Source: Candidatus Levyibacteriota bacterium
Lineage (GTDB): Bacteria > Patescibacteriota > Microgenomatia > Levybacterales > UBA12049
DNA: 64,000 nt
NCBI GenBank assembly: GCA_963716145.1
Contig: OY970292.1
Coordinates: forward strand, 901,404 to 965,403
Direction: 5' to 3'
The number at the start of each line of letters is the position of its first letter. The stretch's first letter is position 1. Positions 36,189 to 46,320 of this stretch are shown one piece after another. The notes under the pieces are model-generated. The model was not told the DNA's origin, searched no databases, and saw nothing but the letters and a program-made list of their open reading frames with translations. The position numbers and the translations under genes are program-made.

Positions 36189-38063
36189 TTAGAATAGGTC
36201 TTCGTTGCTTTCGAGGTTTATTTTTAATGAACCGAAATTTTGAGATACGACGTGTTCCGGCAACTCCAGAACAAAACGAGAAACAGTATTGGCAGTTCTT
36301 TGGCCGAAGAAAAGTCGGCGTTTTGCGTAAGTTAAAAAAAGTTTTTCTTTTGCCCTTGTCATACCAACGTAACAAAGACGTCTCTCTTCCTCCAATTCGC
36401 CTCGGTCCATGAGAGAGCGTGAATGTGGAAATAATCCCTCCTCCATCCCAATCATAAAAATTGTTGGGAATTCCAAGCCTTTGGCTGCATGGAGGGTCAT
36501 AAGTGTAATTGCGTTTTTTTTCTCTCCATCCACTTGCGGTTCTGAATTATATTCCTGTTCAACAAGTGAAACATTTTCCAGAAAATCCGTAAGATCGGGA
36601 AAAGCGATCGCGACAGATCTAAGCTCTTTTATATTCTCAAGCCGCATACGGTCCTCTTCAATTTTTTCATCATATAGCTCAAGATAGCCCGTTGCTTTTA
36701 TTACTCCATCAAGAATATCAATTGTCGCGATATCATCTTTTCCTTCAACCGTTACCTGGTATTCAAGAAATTTTTGTAAGCGTCCTTTGCCCAATTTTTC
36801 AAGCCGTTTATATGAGACCATGTCTTTTGGATTGGATTGTACCCGAAGATAGGAAAGCACGTCTTTTACCTCTTTTCTGGCATAAAATCTGGTGCCTCCA
36901 ATCAGCACATATGGAATTCCGTGATGCAAAAATGCTTCTTCAATGACACGGGATTGAGCGTTGGTTCTGTACAATACCGCGACCCCGCTCAGGTCTTTAA
37001 TATTGTTTGTAATTAAGCTTTGAATAATATAGTCCGCTTCATCCTGCTCACTTTGCGCTTCATAGATTTCTATCTCTGAGCCCTCAGGATTTTCCGTCCA
37101 GAGTTTGAGTACGGGATGTGTCGTGTTTTTGGAAATTACTGCTGTTGCACCATCAAGGATTTTTTGGGTTGAGCGGTAATTCTGGGAAAGGGAAAAAGTT
37201 TTTGTATTTGGAAAGTCATCTTTAAATTTCATGAGATTGCGGTAATCAGCGCCACGCCAGCTATAGATGCTTTGTGAGAAATCGCCGACCACACATATAT
37301 TTTTCCATTTTCCCGAAAGCAATTTGGTCAATATATATTGAGCACGATTAGTGTCTTGATATTCATCAACCAGTACGTATTCAAATCTCATCTGGTATTT
37401 TTTGAGAATTGTCTCATTTTCCTGAAAAAGTTTTATGGTGAAAAGAATGAGATCATCAAAATCCAATGCATCGTTTTCTTTGAGAATTGCTTGATACATT
37501 GGATAAATTTTACTGACCGTTTCCTGGAAATATCCGCGAGCATAATTTAGGTATTCATTTGCGGTAATTAATTCATTTTTTGCCTGGGAAATTGTCGCGA
37601 GAACCGAGCTTGGTTTGAAATCTTTGACCGAAATTTCCAAACGCATCATTGCCTCCTTCAGTGCGTCTAATTGATCCTGGGAATCATAAATCAAAAACTT
37701 CTGGGAAAACCCAAGATGTTTTCCCTCAATTCTTAAAATCTTGGCACACATAGAATGGAAAGTTGCGATCCAAGGTCCTCCAGAGGCGGATCTCTCTTTG
37801 CTCGACATAGCTGAAGAATTTTTAATATCGGATAAGTATTTCCGCATCCTTTCTTTCATCTCGTTTGCTGCTTTGTTGGTAAAAGTAATCATCAAAATTG
37901 ATTCAGGCTCTATTTTTTTCTCAAGCATGAGATAGATAACTTTATATGTCAGAACCCGCGTTTTGCCGGATCCGGCGCCAGCAAGAATTATGACCGGACC
38001 TTCGGTTTGGAGCACCGCTTCTTGTTGGGCTGTATTTAAATCCTTGAGTAGTATGTCTCTCAT
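36189..38063 (-). CDS. pcrA: UvrD/PcrA helicase
   Basis: LAGAGSGKT, TFTNKAA, VDEYQDTN, QNYRS, TLHAAKGLEF, EERRLCYVGMTRA. Confidence 0.95.
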   Translation of the reverse strand: MRDILLKDLNTAQQEAVLQTEGPVIILAGAGSGKTRVLTYKVIYLMLEKKIEPESILMITFTNKAANEMKERMRKYLSDIKNSSAMSSKERSASGGPWIATFHSMCAKILRIEGKHLGFSQKFLIYDSQDQLDALKEAMMRLEISVKDFKPSSVLATISQAKNELITANEYLNYARGYFQETVSKIYPMYQAILKENDALDFDDLILFTIKLFQENETILKKYQMRFEYVLVDEYQDTNRAQYILTKLLSGKWKNICVVGDFSQSIYSWRGADYRNLMKFKDDFPNTKTFSLSQNYRSTQKILDGATAVISKNTTHPVLKLWTENPEGSEIEIYEAQSEQDEADYIIQSLITNNIKDLSGVAVLYRTNAQSRVIEEAFLHHGIPYVLIGGTRFYARKEVKDVLSYLRVQSNPKDMVSYKRLEKLGKGRLQKFLEYQVTVEGKDDIATIDILDGVIKATGYLELYDEKIEEDRMRLENIKELRSVAIAFPDLTDFLENVSLVEQEYNSEPQVDGEKKNAITLMTLHAAKGLEFPTIFMIGMEEGLFPHSRSLMDRGELEEERRLCYVGMTRAKEKLFLTYAKRRLFFGQRTANTVSRFVLELPEHVVSQNFGSLKINLESNEDLF

Positions 38064-38126
38064 AGAGTATAATTATCTAGTTATTTTGCTATGTTTAGTC
38101 AATTGGGGTAGTATTTATTGTAACAT

Positions 38127-38837
38127 ATGAAAAAGCTTTTTATTGTTGCTAACTGGAAATCAAATAAGACAACAAGTGAATCAATAAACTGGCTTCAATC
38201 AATTGAAAATCTAAAATTAAGATTTGACAAAGAAGAGAAAGAAGTAATTGTTTGCCCATCGTTTACTTCTTTGCCAAGCATGAAAGCATATATATTGCAG
38301 AAGAGTTTGCCTATCAAATTAGGATCTCAAGATATTTCCCCGTTTAATGAAGGCGCGTACACAGGAGAGATAAGCGCAAAGCAAATTAAAGAGTTGGCGG
38401 AGTATGCAATTGTTGGACATTCTGAAAGACGGAAATACTTTCATGAAACAGATGACGACGTAATACAAGAAGTCACAAGATTGATAGAAGAAGGTATTAG
38501 TCCTATTTTGTGCGTTAGTGATATGAGGCAAATGGATTATTATCTTTTGCAGGGGAAAGTAGTCGTAGATAATGCCGACAAAATTATTTTTGTTTATGAG
38601 CCCCCGAGTGCTATCAGCGGAGGCGGAGCGTTTCATCCGGAAAATCCTGAAGAAGCAAACAGAAATGCTGCAGAGATAAGTGCGAAAATTGGTAAAAGAG
38701 TTATCACATTATATGGGGGAAGTGTAAATTCTGATAATGCCGGTTTATTTTTTAGTCAGGAAAATATTGACGGCGGTTTGATTGGGCAGGCAAGTCTTGA
38801 TGCAAATAAATTCCTCCAAATAATTGAAAGTTCTTAG
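38127..38837 (+). CDS. tpiA: Triosephosphate isomerase
   Basis: ANWK, GAYTGEIS, GHSERR, YEP, YGGSV, DGGLIG. Confidence 0.93.
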   Translation: MKKLFIVANWKSNKTTSESINWLQSIENLKLRFDKEEKEVIVCPSFTSLPSMKAYILQKSLPIKLGSQDISPFNEGAYTGEISAKQIKELAEYAIVGHSERRKYFHETDDDVIQEVTRLIEEGISPILCVSDMRQMDYYLLQGKVVVDNADKIIFVYEPPSAISGGGAFHPENPEEANRNAAEISAKIGKRVITLYGGSVNSDNAGLFFSQENIDGGLIGQASLDANKFLQIIESS

Positions 38838-38842
38838 TCTTT

Positions 38843-40012
38843 ATGTATACAAGGAGACAAAAACCTATTCGAAAAAGAGTAATTGCAGCTATTGTTATTT
38901 TTTTCCTGTTGCTAGGCAGTATTTTTCTATCAAAAGGAGTGAAGTATATTCCTGCTCTTTTTCAGCTACTATTCCAGAAAGAAGTTAATCTTAAGACAAC
39001 AGATCGCAACAGAATAAATATATTAATTCTTGGAGTAGGAGGCGGAAATCATGACGGACCAAATCTGACAGACACGATGATATTCGCAAGCATTGATTCT
39101 AAAAGCAATAAAGTAAATCTTACCTCAATTCCTCGGGATTTATGGATGCCGGAGCTTAAGACAAAAATTAATGTAGCTTATGCAATTGGCGAGGCAAAAC
39201 AAAAAGAGGGAGGCTTAAAATTGGCAAAAGCAAGCGTTTCGCACTTGTTAAATCAGCAAATAGACTATGGAGTTAGGATCGATTTTGACGGTTTTGTGAA
39301 GGCAGTTGATATGATCGGAGGTCTTGATATCACAGTTGACAATACACTTGATGATGATCAATATCCACTTGAAGGGAAAGAGAGTGACAGTTGCGGTCTG
39401 ACTGAGGAAAAAATTGCTTCTCTTTCGGCTGAACTTGCAACCGGCAGTGCCACTGAGAATGAAGCATTTCCCTGTCGCTATGAGCATCTGCATTTTGATA
39501 TAGGAGCCCAAAAAATGAATGGAATAAATGCACTTAAGTTTGTTCGTTCCCGTCACGCTCAGGATGGTGAAGGCTCGGACTTTGCCAGGTCCAAAAGACA
39601 AGAAAAAGTAATATCGGCATTTAAAGATAAAGTTTTTTCAGCAGGTACTTTTCTTAATCCTGTGAAGGTGGTGAGTCTGGTTTCTGTTTTGTCAGGGAGC
39701 ATAGACACAGATATAAAAGAAGATGAGTATGATGATTTTGTAAAACTCGCTCAAAAGCTGAAGGGTGCAAAGATTGACAGCGCGATTTTGGATATTGGTG
39801 ACGAACAGGATCGCCTGGGGCTTCTTGTTCATCCCGAAGATGTTGGTGATTATGATGGTCAATACGTTCTTATTCCTAGAAAAGGGAATGGAAATTACTC
39901 AGAAATTCAAGAATATATAAATTGCGAAGTTCAATATGGAAATTGTATTGTTTTGAAAAATGGAATCACAACCCCAACCCCCGAGCCTTCAAAAAGTCTA
40001 AAGAAAAATTAA
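38843..40012 (+). CDS. LytR-CpsA-Psr (LCP) family protein
   Basis: TM; NILILG; LTDTM; SIPRDL; FVRSRH; SDFARSKRQ. Confidence 0.92.
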   Translation: MYTRRQKPIRKRVIAAIVIFFLLLGSIFLSKGVKYIPALFQLLFQKEVNLKTTDRNRINILILGVGGGNHDGPNLTDTMIFASIDSKSNKVNLTSIPRDLWMPELKTKINVAYAIGEAKQKEGGLKLAKASVSHLLNQQIDYGVRIDFDGFVKAVDMIGGLDITVDNTLDDDQYPLEGKESDSCGLTEEKIASLSAELATGSATENEAFPCRYEHLHFDIGAQKMNGINALKFVRSRHAQDGEGSDFARSKRQEKVISAFKDKVFSAGTFLNPVKVVSLVSVLSGSIDTDIKEDEYDDFVKLAQKLKGAKIDSAILDIGDEQDRLGLLVHPEDVGDYDGQYVLIPRKGNGNYSEIQEYINCEVQYGNCIVLKNGITTPTPEPSKSLKKN

Positions 40013-40054
40013 CCGTTAGATATCTACTGGGTATAAGTTTAGTCTGGTGTGGGC

Positions 40055-40720
40055 TTATAATCTCAATAATTTTAGAATAATTATCAAACTTACATTAACC
40101 CCAATTGGTGCTGCGAGATAAAGATCGGCTTTTTGGAACGTTTGCTGGAAAAGAGCGTTTGCAAAAAGAGAATTGGGATTAATCGAGGGAATTCTAAAAC
40201 CCACGAAATACAAGACTAAAGCGATAAAGATTAAAGTAAGTATAAGTTCAAGTGCTCCCTCCATGTCTCTTTTGCTTGAGAACATAGTATTTCCGATCTC
40301 GAAAACTAGATAACTGATAACAATAACCGATAACTTATAACTAAATAGATCGTTTTGAACGGCATATAGAAAGGTGCCAATTAGAATTGCCGTGCCAAAA
40401 AGAAATGGCGCAGTGCCAATCAGAAATCTTCGGATAGGGTCGGTTTTGGCAATTTGGACGCTTCCCAGCTTCAAATTATTGTCAATAAGTTTTGGCAGCA
40501 GCTCCATCTCTCCAACAGGCACCTGAAGGAGCACCGCCATAAACGCATGGGAAACTTCATGGATAAAAGTGCCTGGGAGGAAAAGAAAACTCATAAGATA
40601 CACGCTGATTCTTTTATTTCTTGTTGTTTTGTAGAAAAAGTTAAAAAGCAGGGTGGTCAAAAACCTGGAAAGGATAAAAAGGGTAAAGAGTTCAATGAAG
40701 AATATCGCGATAATCAGCAT
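40055..40720 (-). CDS. Membrane protein with HExxH (M50-like metallopeptidase)
   Basis: FLPGTFIHEVSHAF, LGSV, IGTAP, SSKRD; several TMs. Confidence 0.7.
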   Translation of the reverse strand: MLIIAIFFIELFTLFILSRFLTTLLFNFFYKTTRNKRISVYLMSFLFLPGTFIHEVSHAFMAVLLQVPVGEMELLPKLIDNNLKLGSVQIAKTDPIRRFLIGTAPFLFGTAILIGTFLYAVQNDLFSYKLSVIVISYLVFEIGNTMFSSKRDMEGALELILTLIFIALVLYFVGFRIPSINPNSLFANALFQQTFQKADLYLAAPIGVNVSLIIILKLLRL

Positions 40721-40802
40721 ATTCTTAGTATATATGATATAGCAATTTTGCTACTTGCAAAATATCAAAAGATTGTTCTATTATAGATAAAGAGATAAAG
40801 TT

Positions 40803-41423
40803 ATGTCCAAAAAAACTCTTGCCCTTATTTCTGGTTTGGTACTCGTTACGGTAGTTCTTTTTGTAATTGCCTTAAAATCAAGCCAACAATCTACTCAAAC
40901 AAATGTAACTCCCTCGGGCACAGTCATGAAACCCTCTCCTACAGTCTCGATGGCGCATTCGGTTTTGACCTTGTCGCCTAACCCTGTAAATGTTGTTCCT
41001 GGAGGGGCTGGGAAGGTAGATGTTGAGATTGATACATCTGATAATCCTGTTACAGCGGTACAACTTGAGATTGCATATGATCCAAAGGTTCTAAGCAACG
41101 TTAAGGTTGTGTCAGGTCCGCTTTTCCTGAATTCAGTAGTCCTTATTAATAAAGACAATCCAACAACGGGAAGATTTACTTATGCTTTTGGTAGAACACC
41201 AGGCCAAGCACCGGTTCAGGGAACAGGAGTGGTGGCCACGATCAGCTTTACAGCCAAAGCTTCCGCCCAGCCTTCTCAGCTGACTTTATTGCCAACTACC
41301 CTGGTAACAGCAAGAGGCGTAGCAACCTCAGTTCTTAAGAGCAGTTCAGGAACGCAAGTAATAGTGGGAACTGGAGATGCAATGATGAAGAAAGATAGCT
41401 CTACTCCCTCCGCAGGCCTCTAG
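40803..41423 (+). CDS. Cohesin-like beta-sandwich surface protein
   Basis: N-terminal TM; VTAVQLEIAYDPKVL; GTGVVATISF. Confidence 0.75.
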   Translation: MSKKTLALISGLVLVTVVLFVIALKSSQQSTQTNVTPSGTVMKPSPTVSMAHSVLTLSPNPVNVVPGGAGKVDVEIDTSDNPVTAVQLEIAYDPKVLSNVKVVSGPLFLNSVVLINKDNPTTGRFTYAFGRTPGQAPVQGTGVVATISFTAKASAQPSQLTLLPTTLVTARGVATSVLKSSSGTQVIVGTGDAMMKKDSSTPSAGL

Positions 41424-41431
41424 TAAACAGT

Positions 41432-42472
41432 TTATAAAGATTTATTCAGAAGTTCTAATAGCTGGGTTTTCGTTTTGATTTTAAGATCAAATATTTTCAT
41501 TCCAAATTCAATATTGTTGAGTTTTTTCTCAGTTGTATTAATTCCTGCAATCCACTTTCCGCTTGAACGGTGGAGCACTTCCATACCTAAATATTTACAA
41601 AAGTATTCTTCATCAATTTTTTCAATTGAACTAAAAGCCTCCATAGTTTTTGTTACATAATCAATTGTTTCTGTTTTTCCAATATATCTAGCCAAACCAT
41701 AAATCACGATATGAGCCAAGAAATTTGGCAGAACATATTCCTTGTCGCCTAAATGTGATCGTCCAAAATCAATAAAAGCAACTTGACCCTGCGGATCTAC
41801 TAAAACATTTTTCGGATGTCCATCTGTCCAGATGTATTGATCCTTTTTGCAATAATGAGCTTCTAATTCTTTATAATATTCCTGTGTGTTTGCATAGAAC
41901 AGTCTTAATTCCATTCCTCTTTGGTAAATTTGCTGCTCGGCTGATTCAACTGTTTCAAAAGGCTTCCACTTTTTCATTTCCTGATTCAAAAGTGCAAGAC
42001 TTTCCCCGACATTTTTGGCAGAATCTATATTGAATTTTCTATCAAGAATTTGATTCATCATCAATACGAATTTTTCTTCTCTTAAATCGCTAAGAATAGT
42101 TGTAAAAATGTCTGGAAAAAAGTGAAGAACTTCAGGAATTTTTATATCGGAATTTTTTAATTTTTTTAATATTTTTGTATCAAGATTTCCGCTTTCACGG
42201 CCCAAGAAAAAGTCATAAGGACTAAACGGAGGACTAAATAATCCTTCACTTCGATCCTCAGTATGTTTCACAATAACGCTTTTTTGATCCAAATGCGCTT
42301 CATAAACTTGTGACATGACTCCACCTGCTAGTAAATTACCCAATTTAATTTTTAATCCGCGTTTTTTAAGTTCTGTTTCCAATCTATCCTTATTTTTGTA
42401 GGGCGATAACTTGGGATAAATCTTCTTTTTGTCACTAAAAGAGAGGGGATGCGGGTGAATTTTATTGTTCAT
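41432..42472 (-). CDS. APH/choline/methylthioribose kinase-like phosphotransferase
   Basis: LAGGVMSQVY, IVKH, TDGHPKNVL, FIDFG. Confidence 0.75.
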   Translation of the reverse strand: MNNKIHPHPLSFSDKKKIYPKLSPYKNKDRLETELKKRGLKIKLGNLLAGGVMSQVYEAHLDQKSVIVKHTEDRSEGLFSPPFSPYDFFLGRESGNLDTKILKKLKNSDIKIPEVLHFFPDIFTTILSDLREEKFVLMMNQILDRKFNIDSAKNVGESLALLNQEMKKWKPFETVESAEQQIYQRGMELRLFYANTQEYYKELEAHYCKKDQYIWTDGHPKNVLVDPQGQVAFIDFGRSHLGDKEYVLPNFLAHIVIYGLARYIGKTETIDYVTKTMEAFSSIEKIDEEYFCKYLGMEVLHRSSGKWIAGINTTEKKLNNIEFGMKIFDLKIKTKTQLLELLNKSL

Positions 42473-42569
42473 TAGTTAGTATTTTATTCTATTTTGGGAA
42501 AATTTAACAGATGTAGGTTTAAAATTGTTGGTTTATCTAATTTGAGGGGACTTTTGCGCTTTTCTTGAG

Positions 42570-43667
42570 TTATTTTGTTTCTTCTTTTTCCTCTTCTTCT
42601 CCGCCAACTACAATTGGTGCCGGCCGTCCGTCTTTGTTTTTACTCATTATTTCGGCAACTATTTTTTTCTCAAGACCTTTGTCTTCTTTCAGTTTTTCCA
42701 TTGTGGCTACTTTTCCCTGTCCCAGCATTTCATCATTATACCTATAAAATGCGCCTGATTTCTGAATAATTTCCATCTCAACTGCTACATCCACAATTCC
42801 GCCTTCTCTTGAAATTCCGGTTCCCGAAACATCAAATTCCGCAATTCTGAAAGGGGAGGCAATCTTATTCTTAACAATTTTTACGCGGTGTCTGGATCCA
42901 ACCACCTTATCTCCATCTTTAAGTGTTTCAATTTTGCGGATATCCATCCTGACTGATGCATAGAATTTGAGTGCAAGTCCACCTGTTGTTGTTTCAGGAT
43001 TACCAAACATCACACCAATTTTTTGGCGAAGTTGATTGGTGAAGATAACGACAGTTTTGGATTTTGAAATAACTCCTGTTAATTTACGAAGGGCTTGGGA
43101 CATAAGCCTTGCCTGAAGACCCATGCTTGAATCACCCATGTCGCCTTCTATTTCAGCTCTTGGAACAAGTGCCGCAACTGAATCAATAACCAAAACATCA
43201 ATTCCACCTGATCGCACAAGACTTTCTGTTATCTCAAGCGCCTGTTCACCGGTATCAGGTTGGGAGATAAGTAATTCATCAAGTTTAACTCCTAGTTTCT
43301 CAGCCCACATCGGATCAAGCGCGTGCTCTGCATCTATGAAAGCAGCGACACCGCCATGCTTTTGTGCTTGGGCAATTGTTGAGAGACAAACTGTGGTTTT
43401 ACCTGATGCTTCCGGTCCGTAAATTTCAATAATTCTTCCTCTGGGGAGACCTCCTGCGCCAAGCGCAAGATCAAGAGGAAGACAACCGGTTGAAATAACT
43501 GAAATATCAAATTTTTGACCTGCATCACCAAAACGCATGATCGCGCCGCGGCCGTATTGTTTCTCTATCTGATCCATGGCAACCTGGATCGATTCCATTT
43601 TTTGTTTGTTGTCGGTTTGCTCTTGAACAGGAGTTGATGTTTTTGAATTAGCTGATGCCTTCGCCAT
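42570..43667 (-). CDS. recA: Recombinase RecA
   Basis: [35 protein letters not shown]. Confidence 0.98.
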   Translation of the reverse strand: MAKASANSKTSTPVQEQTDNKQKMESIQVAMDQIEKQYGRGAIMRFGDAGQKFDISVISTGCLPLDLALGAGGLPRGRIIEIYGPEASGKTTVCLSTIAQAQKHGGVAAFIDAEHALDPMWAEKLGVKLDELLISQPDTGEQALEITESLVRSGGIDVLVIDSVAALVPRAEIEGDMGDSSMGLQARLMSQALRKLTGVISKSKTVVIFTNQLRQKIGVMFGNPETTTGGLALKFYASVRMDIRKIETLKDGDKVVGSRHRVKIVKNKIASPFRIAEFDVSGTGISREGGIVDVAVEMEIIQKSGAFYRYNDEMLGQGKVATMEKLKEDKGLEKKIVAEIMSKNKDGRPAPIVVGGEEEEKEETK

Positions 43668-43714
43668 AATTTATGTCCTAATGATAACAATTCTGTGTTA
43701 AAATACAAGAGGGA

Positions 43715-43754
43715 AAATAATAAACCAATAATCCAATATCCAAATAATCCAATA
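43715..43754 (+). repeat. 8-mer array upstream of four-helix-bundle gene 2
   Basis: AAATAATA AACCAATA ATCCAATA TCCAAATA ATCCAATA, then ATG. Confidence 0.78.
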
Positions 43755-44123
43755 ATGAAGCCAAAAGTTGCTGATATTCATAAACGTATCTATGATTTTG
43801 TGATTAGGGTTCTAAATTTGGTAAAGCAATTACCAAAAACACCGGAGAACACAATAATTATTTATCAAATTACAAAATCTGCAACGTCTATGGGCGCAAA
43901 CGATAGAGAAGCAGATGGGGTAACAACAAAAAAAGATTTCATTCATAAATATAGTATCGCTAGGAAAGAAGGAAAAGAGACGGATTATTGGTTAAATATC
44001 ATTGCAGACACAAATCCAGCTCTCAAAGTAAGAATGGCGAGTTTAATAAATGAGTGTCAGGAGATAATTAAAATTGTTAGTACGATAATTTATAATACTC
44101 AGATGAATAATTCCAAAAAATAA
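43755..44123 (+). CDS. Four helix bundle protein (23S rRNA IVP / Avd-like family)
   Basis: RIYDF..RV..L...LP....IIIYQITKSATSMGANDREA....KKDFIHKYSIARKEGKETDYWL. Confidence 0.9.
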   Translation: MKPKVADIHKRIYDFVIRVLNLVKQLPKTPENTIIIYQITKSATSMGANDREADGVTTKKDFIHKYSIARKEGKETDYWLNIIADTNPALKVRMASLINECQEIIKIVSTIIYNTQMNNSKK

Positions 44124-44193
44124 TCCAATAAGCAAATAGTCAAATAAACAAATTAATTTTCAATTGGATTATTTGTATATTTGTTTATTTAAT
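44123..44193. repeat. Direct plus inverted 8-mer arrays downstream of four-helix-bundle gene 2
   Basis: ATCCAATA AGCAAATA GTCAAATA AACAAATT, then AATTGGAT TATTTGTA TATTTGTT TATTTAAT. Confidence 0.78.
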
Positions 44194-44215
44194 AATTCTT
44201 CGCTTTCAGCGAAGC

Positions 44216-44286
44216 CGGGGTGTAGTTTAATGGTAGAATGTGCGGCTGGGGGCCGTATGGCTGGAGTTCGATTCTCCGCACCCCGA
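44216..44286 (+). tRNA. tRNA-Pro(GGG), no CCA
   Basis: CGGGGTG/CACCCCG acceptor; TGCGG-CTGGGGG-CCGTA; TTCGATT T loop. Confidence 0.92.
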
Positions 44287-44288
44287 CT

Positions 44289-44768
44289 ATGGACGAATTT
44301 GAAAAATATCTAAATAAAGCATTTCATTTTCTTTCTTTCCGCCCAAGGTCGGAGAAAGAAGTCCGCGATAATCTGTTGAAAAAAAAGGCACCTGCTGAAA
44401 TTATTGAAAGGGTCATTAATTCGTTAAACGAGCATAAATTTCTGAATGATGAGGATTTTGCCAGATTATTCATTGAGCAAAGATTGCGGTTTCGTCCAAA
44501 AGGATTAAGAATCATTAAATTAGAGTTAAGGCAAAAAGGGATTAATCAAGAGATTATAGATCAAACGATTAGTAATTTACAAAAGGATGATGGCGAAGTG
44601 CCAAACAGTGATATGGATTCTGCAAAGAAATTGGTTGAAAAAAAGATGCCTCGCTATAAAGACTTAACCAAGCAGGAAATATATAATAAGCTGGGATCAT
44701 ATCTCGCAAGGCGGGGGTTTGACTGGGATATAATAAAAAAAGCGATAGATAGTTATGAAGAAGAATAA
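44289..44768 (+). CDS. recX: Regulatory protein RecX
   Basis: LSFRPRSEKEV, FLNDEDFA, ELRQKGI, YLARRGF; start right after the tRNA. Confidence 0.92.
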   Translation: MDEFEKYLNKAFHFLSFRPRSEKEVRDNLLKKKAPAEIIERVINSLNEHKFLNDEDFARLFIEQRLRFRPKGLRIIKLELRQKGINQEIIDQTISNLQKDDGEVPNSDMDSAKKLVEKKMPRYKDLTKQEIYNKLGSYLARRGFDWDIIKKAIDSYEEE

Positions 44769-46149
44769 GCTAGGAATTACAGCTAAAGATTCTTTCGGTA
44801 CCATTAATATTCCATCCGGATCACTTTTTGGTAAAACAACAGTAAGGTGGAGGCAGAGATTCGGGATAGGTGAGCCCTTGCCTTTTGATTTTATTTCCTC
44901 ACTCGCTCTTGTTAAAAAAGCTTGTGCGTTTGCTAATCGGGACTGCGGTGTTCTCGATTCTAAAACCGCGAGAGCGATAGGCAATATTTGCGACCAGATA
45001 ATAAAAGGCGAGTATAAGGATCAATTTCCGGTGAGTTACATTCAGTCGGGATCGGGTACTATCACCAATATGAATATGAATGAGGTGATTGCCAGAGCAG
45101 CACACATAAAAATGGGTGGCAAAATTGATGATGAGAAAACATCTCTTCACCCCAACGATATTGTTAATATGGCCCAATCAACCAATGACGTTTTTCCAAC
45201 AGCAATGCAACTAGCGGCAGTGCTTTATTTGAGAGGAAGGGTTATTCCTGAGGCCAGTAAACTTGCTGATAGTTTTGATTTAAAGGGAAAGGAATATTGG
45301 AATACAATAAAAGCCGGTAGGACGCACTTGATGGACGCTGTGCCAATAAGACTAGGGATGGAGTTTGATGCCTGGGGAAGAAGAATAAAAATAGCAGAAA
45401 AGGTAATCACGCGGAGCTTGGAGCATCTGTCTGTTCTGCCAATCGGTGGTACTGCTCTTGGGTCAGGGATAAATTCTCCAGAAGGTTTTGCCGCAAAAGC
45501 TGTTGCTTATATTTCCGAATTTACAGATTTTAAATTTAAAGAAGCGAAAAATAAAGCAGTCGGAATATCGTCTCATGACGCGATGATTGAGGCATCAAGC
45601 GCCATCAATCAATTAGCAGCAAGTCTTGTATCTATAACGACAAATATCCGGTGGTTGTCGTCTGGCCCGCGTACTGGAATAGCTGAGCTTGAGTTTCCCG
45701 GCACAGAAGCGGGTTCATCAATTATGCCTGGAAAAGTTAATCCGTCAATCCTGGAAGGCGTACGAATGGCTTGTCTGGAGATAGTAGGCAAGCATCATTC
45801 AATTGAGCTTGCAAATATGCATGGCAGTGAATTGGATTTGAATACTACAAAACCGCTCATAGCAAAACTTTTCCTGGAATCAGCAAAATTAATGGCCGAT
45901 AGCTGCAAGCTTCTTAATGAAAAATGCATTAAAGATATAAAAGCCAATTTGGGACCAATACAAAAACATCTGGACAATACACTTATGACAGTAACCGCTC
46001 TTACCGGTCATATAGGTTACGACAAAGCAACAGAGATTGCTTTAAAAGCGCTTAATGAAGGAATTACCTTAAGAGAGGCAGCTCTTGCAACGGGGCACGT
46101 GTCGGAAGCTGATTTCGATAGATGGGTAGTGCCTGAGGATATGGTTTAG
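44755..46149 (+). CDS. fumC: Class II fumarate hydratase (fumarase/aspartase family)
   Basis: QSGSGT..NMNMNEV, HPNDIVN, QSTND.FPTAM, GRTHLMDA, GSSIMPGKVNP. Confidence 0.88.
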   Translation: MKKNKLGITAKDSFGTINIPSGSLFGKTTVRWRQRFGIGEPLPFDFISSLALVKKACAFANRDCGVLDSKTARAIGNICDQIIKGEYKDQFPVSYIQSGSGTITNMNMNEVIARAAHIKMGGKIDDEKTSLHPNDIVNMAQSTNDVFPTAMQLAAVLYLRGRVIPEASKLADSFDLKGKEYWNTIKAGRTHLMDAVPIRLGMEFDAWGRRIKIAEKVITRSLEHLSVLPIGGTALGSGINSPEGFAAKAVAYISEFTDFKFKEAKNKAVGISSHDAMIEASSAINQLAASLVSITTNIRWLSSGPRTGIAELEFPGTEAGSSIMPGKVNPSILEGVRMACLEIVGKHHSIELANMHGSELDLNTTKPLIAKLFLESAKLMADSCKLLNEKCIKDIKANLGPIQKHLDNTLMTVTALTGHIGYDKATEIALKALNEGITLREAALATGHVSEADFDRWVVPEDMV

Positions 46150-46320
46150 CACGAGCACGGATTGTAGTATTTCTGTTGGTTGCATAAGAAATGATAAGTG
46201 GAGTATAATATCGATAGGCAAAAGAGCAATTGCTTTTTTATGAAGCGACTATTACAAACCTTCATACACATCGCATAAGAAGCGTAAAACCGCTTCTCTT
46301 CTCTTGTCTCAAAAATAATT

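Noticed and set aside
15518-44123. Diversity-generating retroelement suggested by two Avd-like genes
   Set aside because: No reverse transcriptase and no TR/VR pair with A-specific mismatches seen in the window.
46210-46320. 6S RNA upstream of rny
   Set aside because: Only about 110 nt and made of short local hairpins, not a long rod with a central bubble; kept only as a possible leader.
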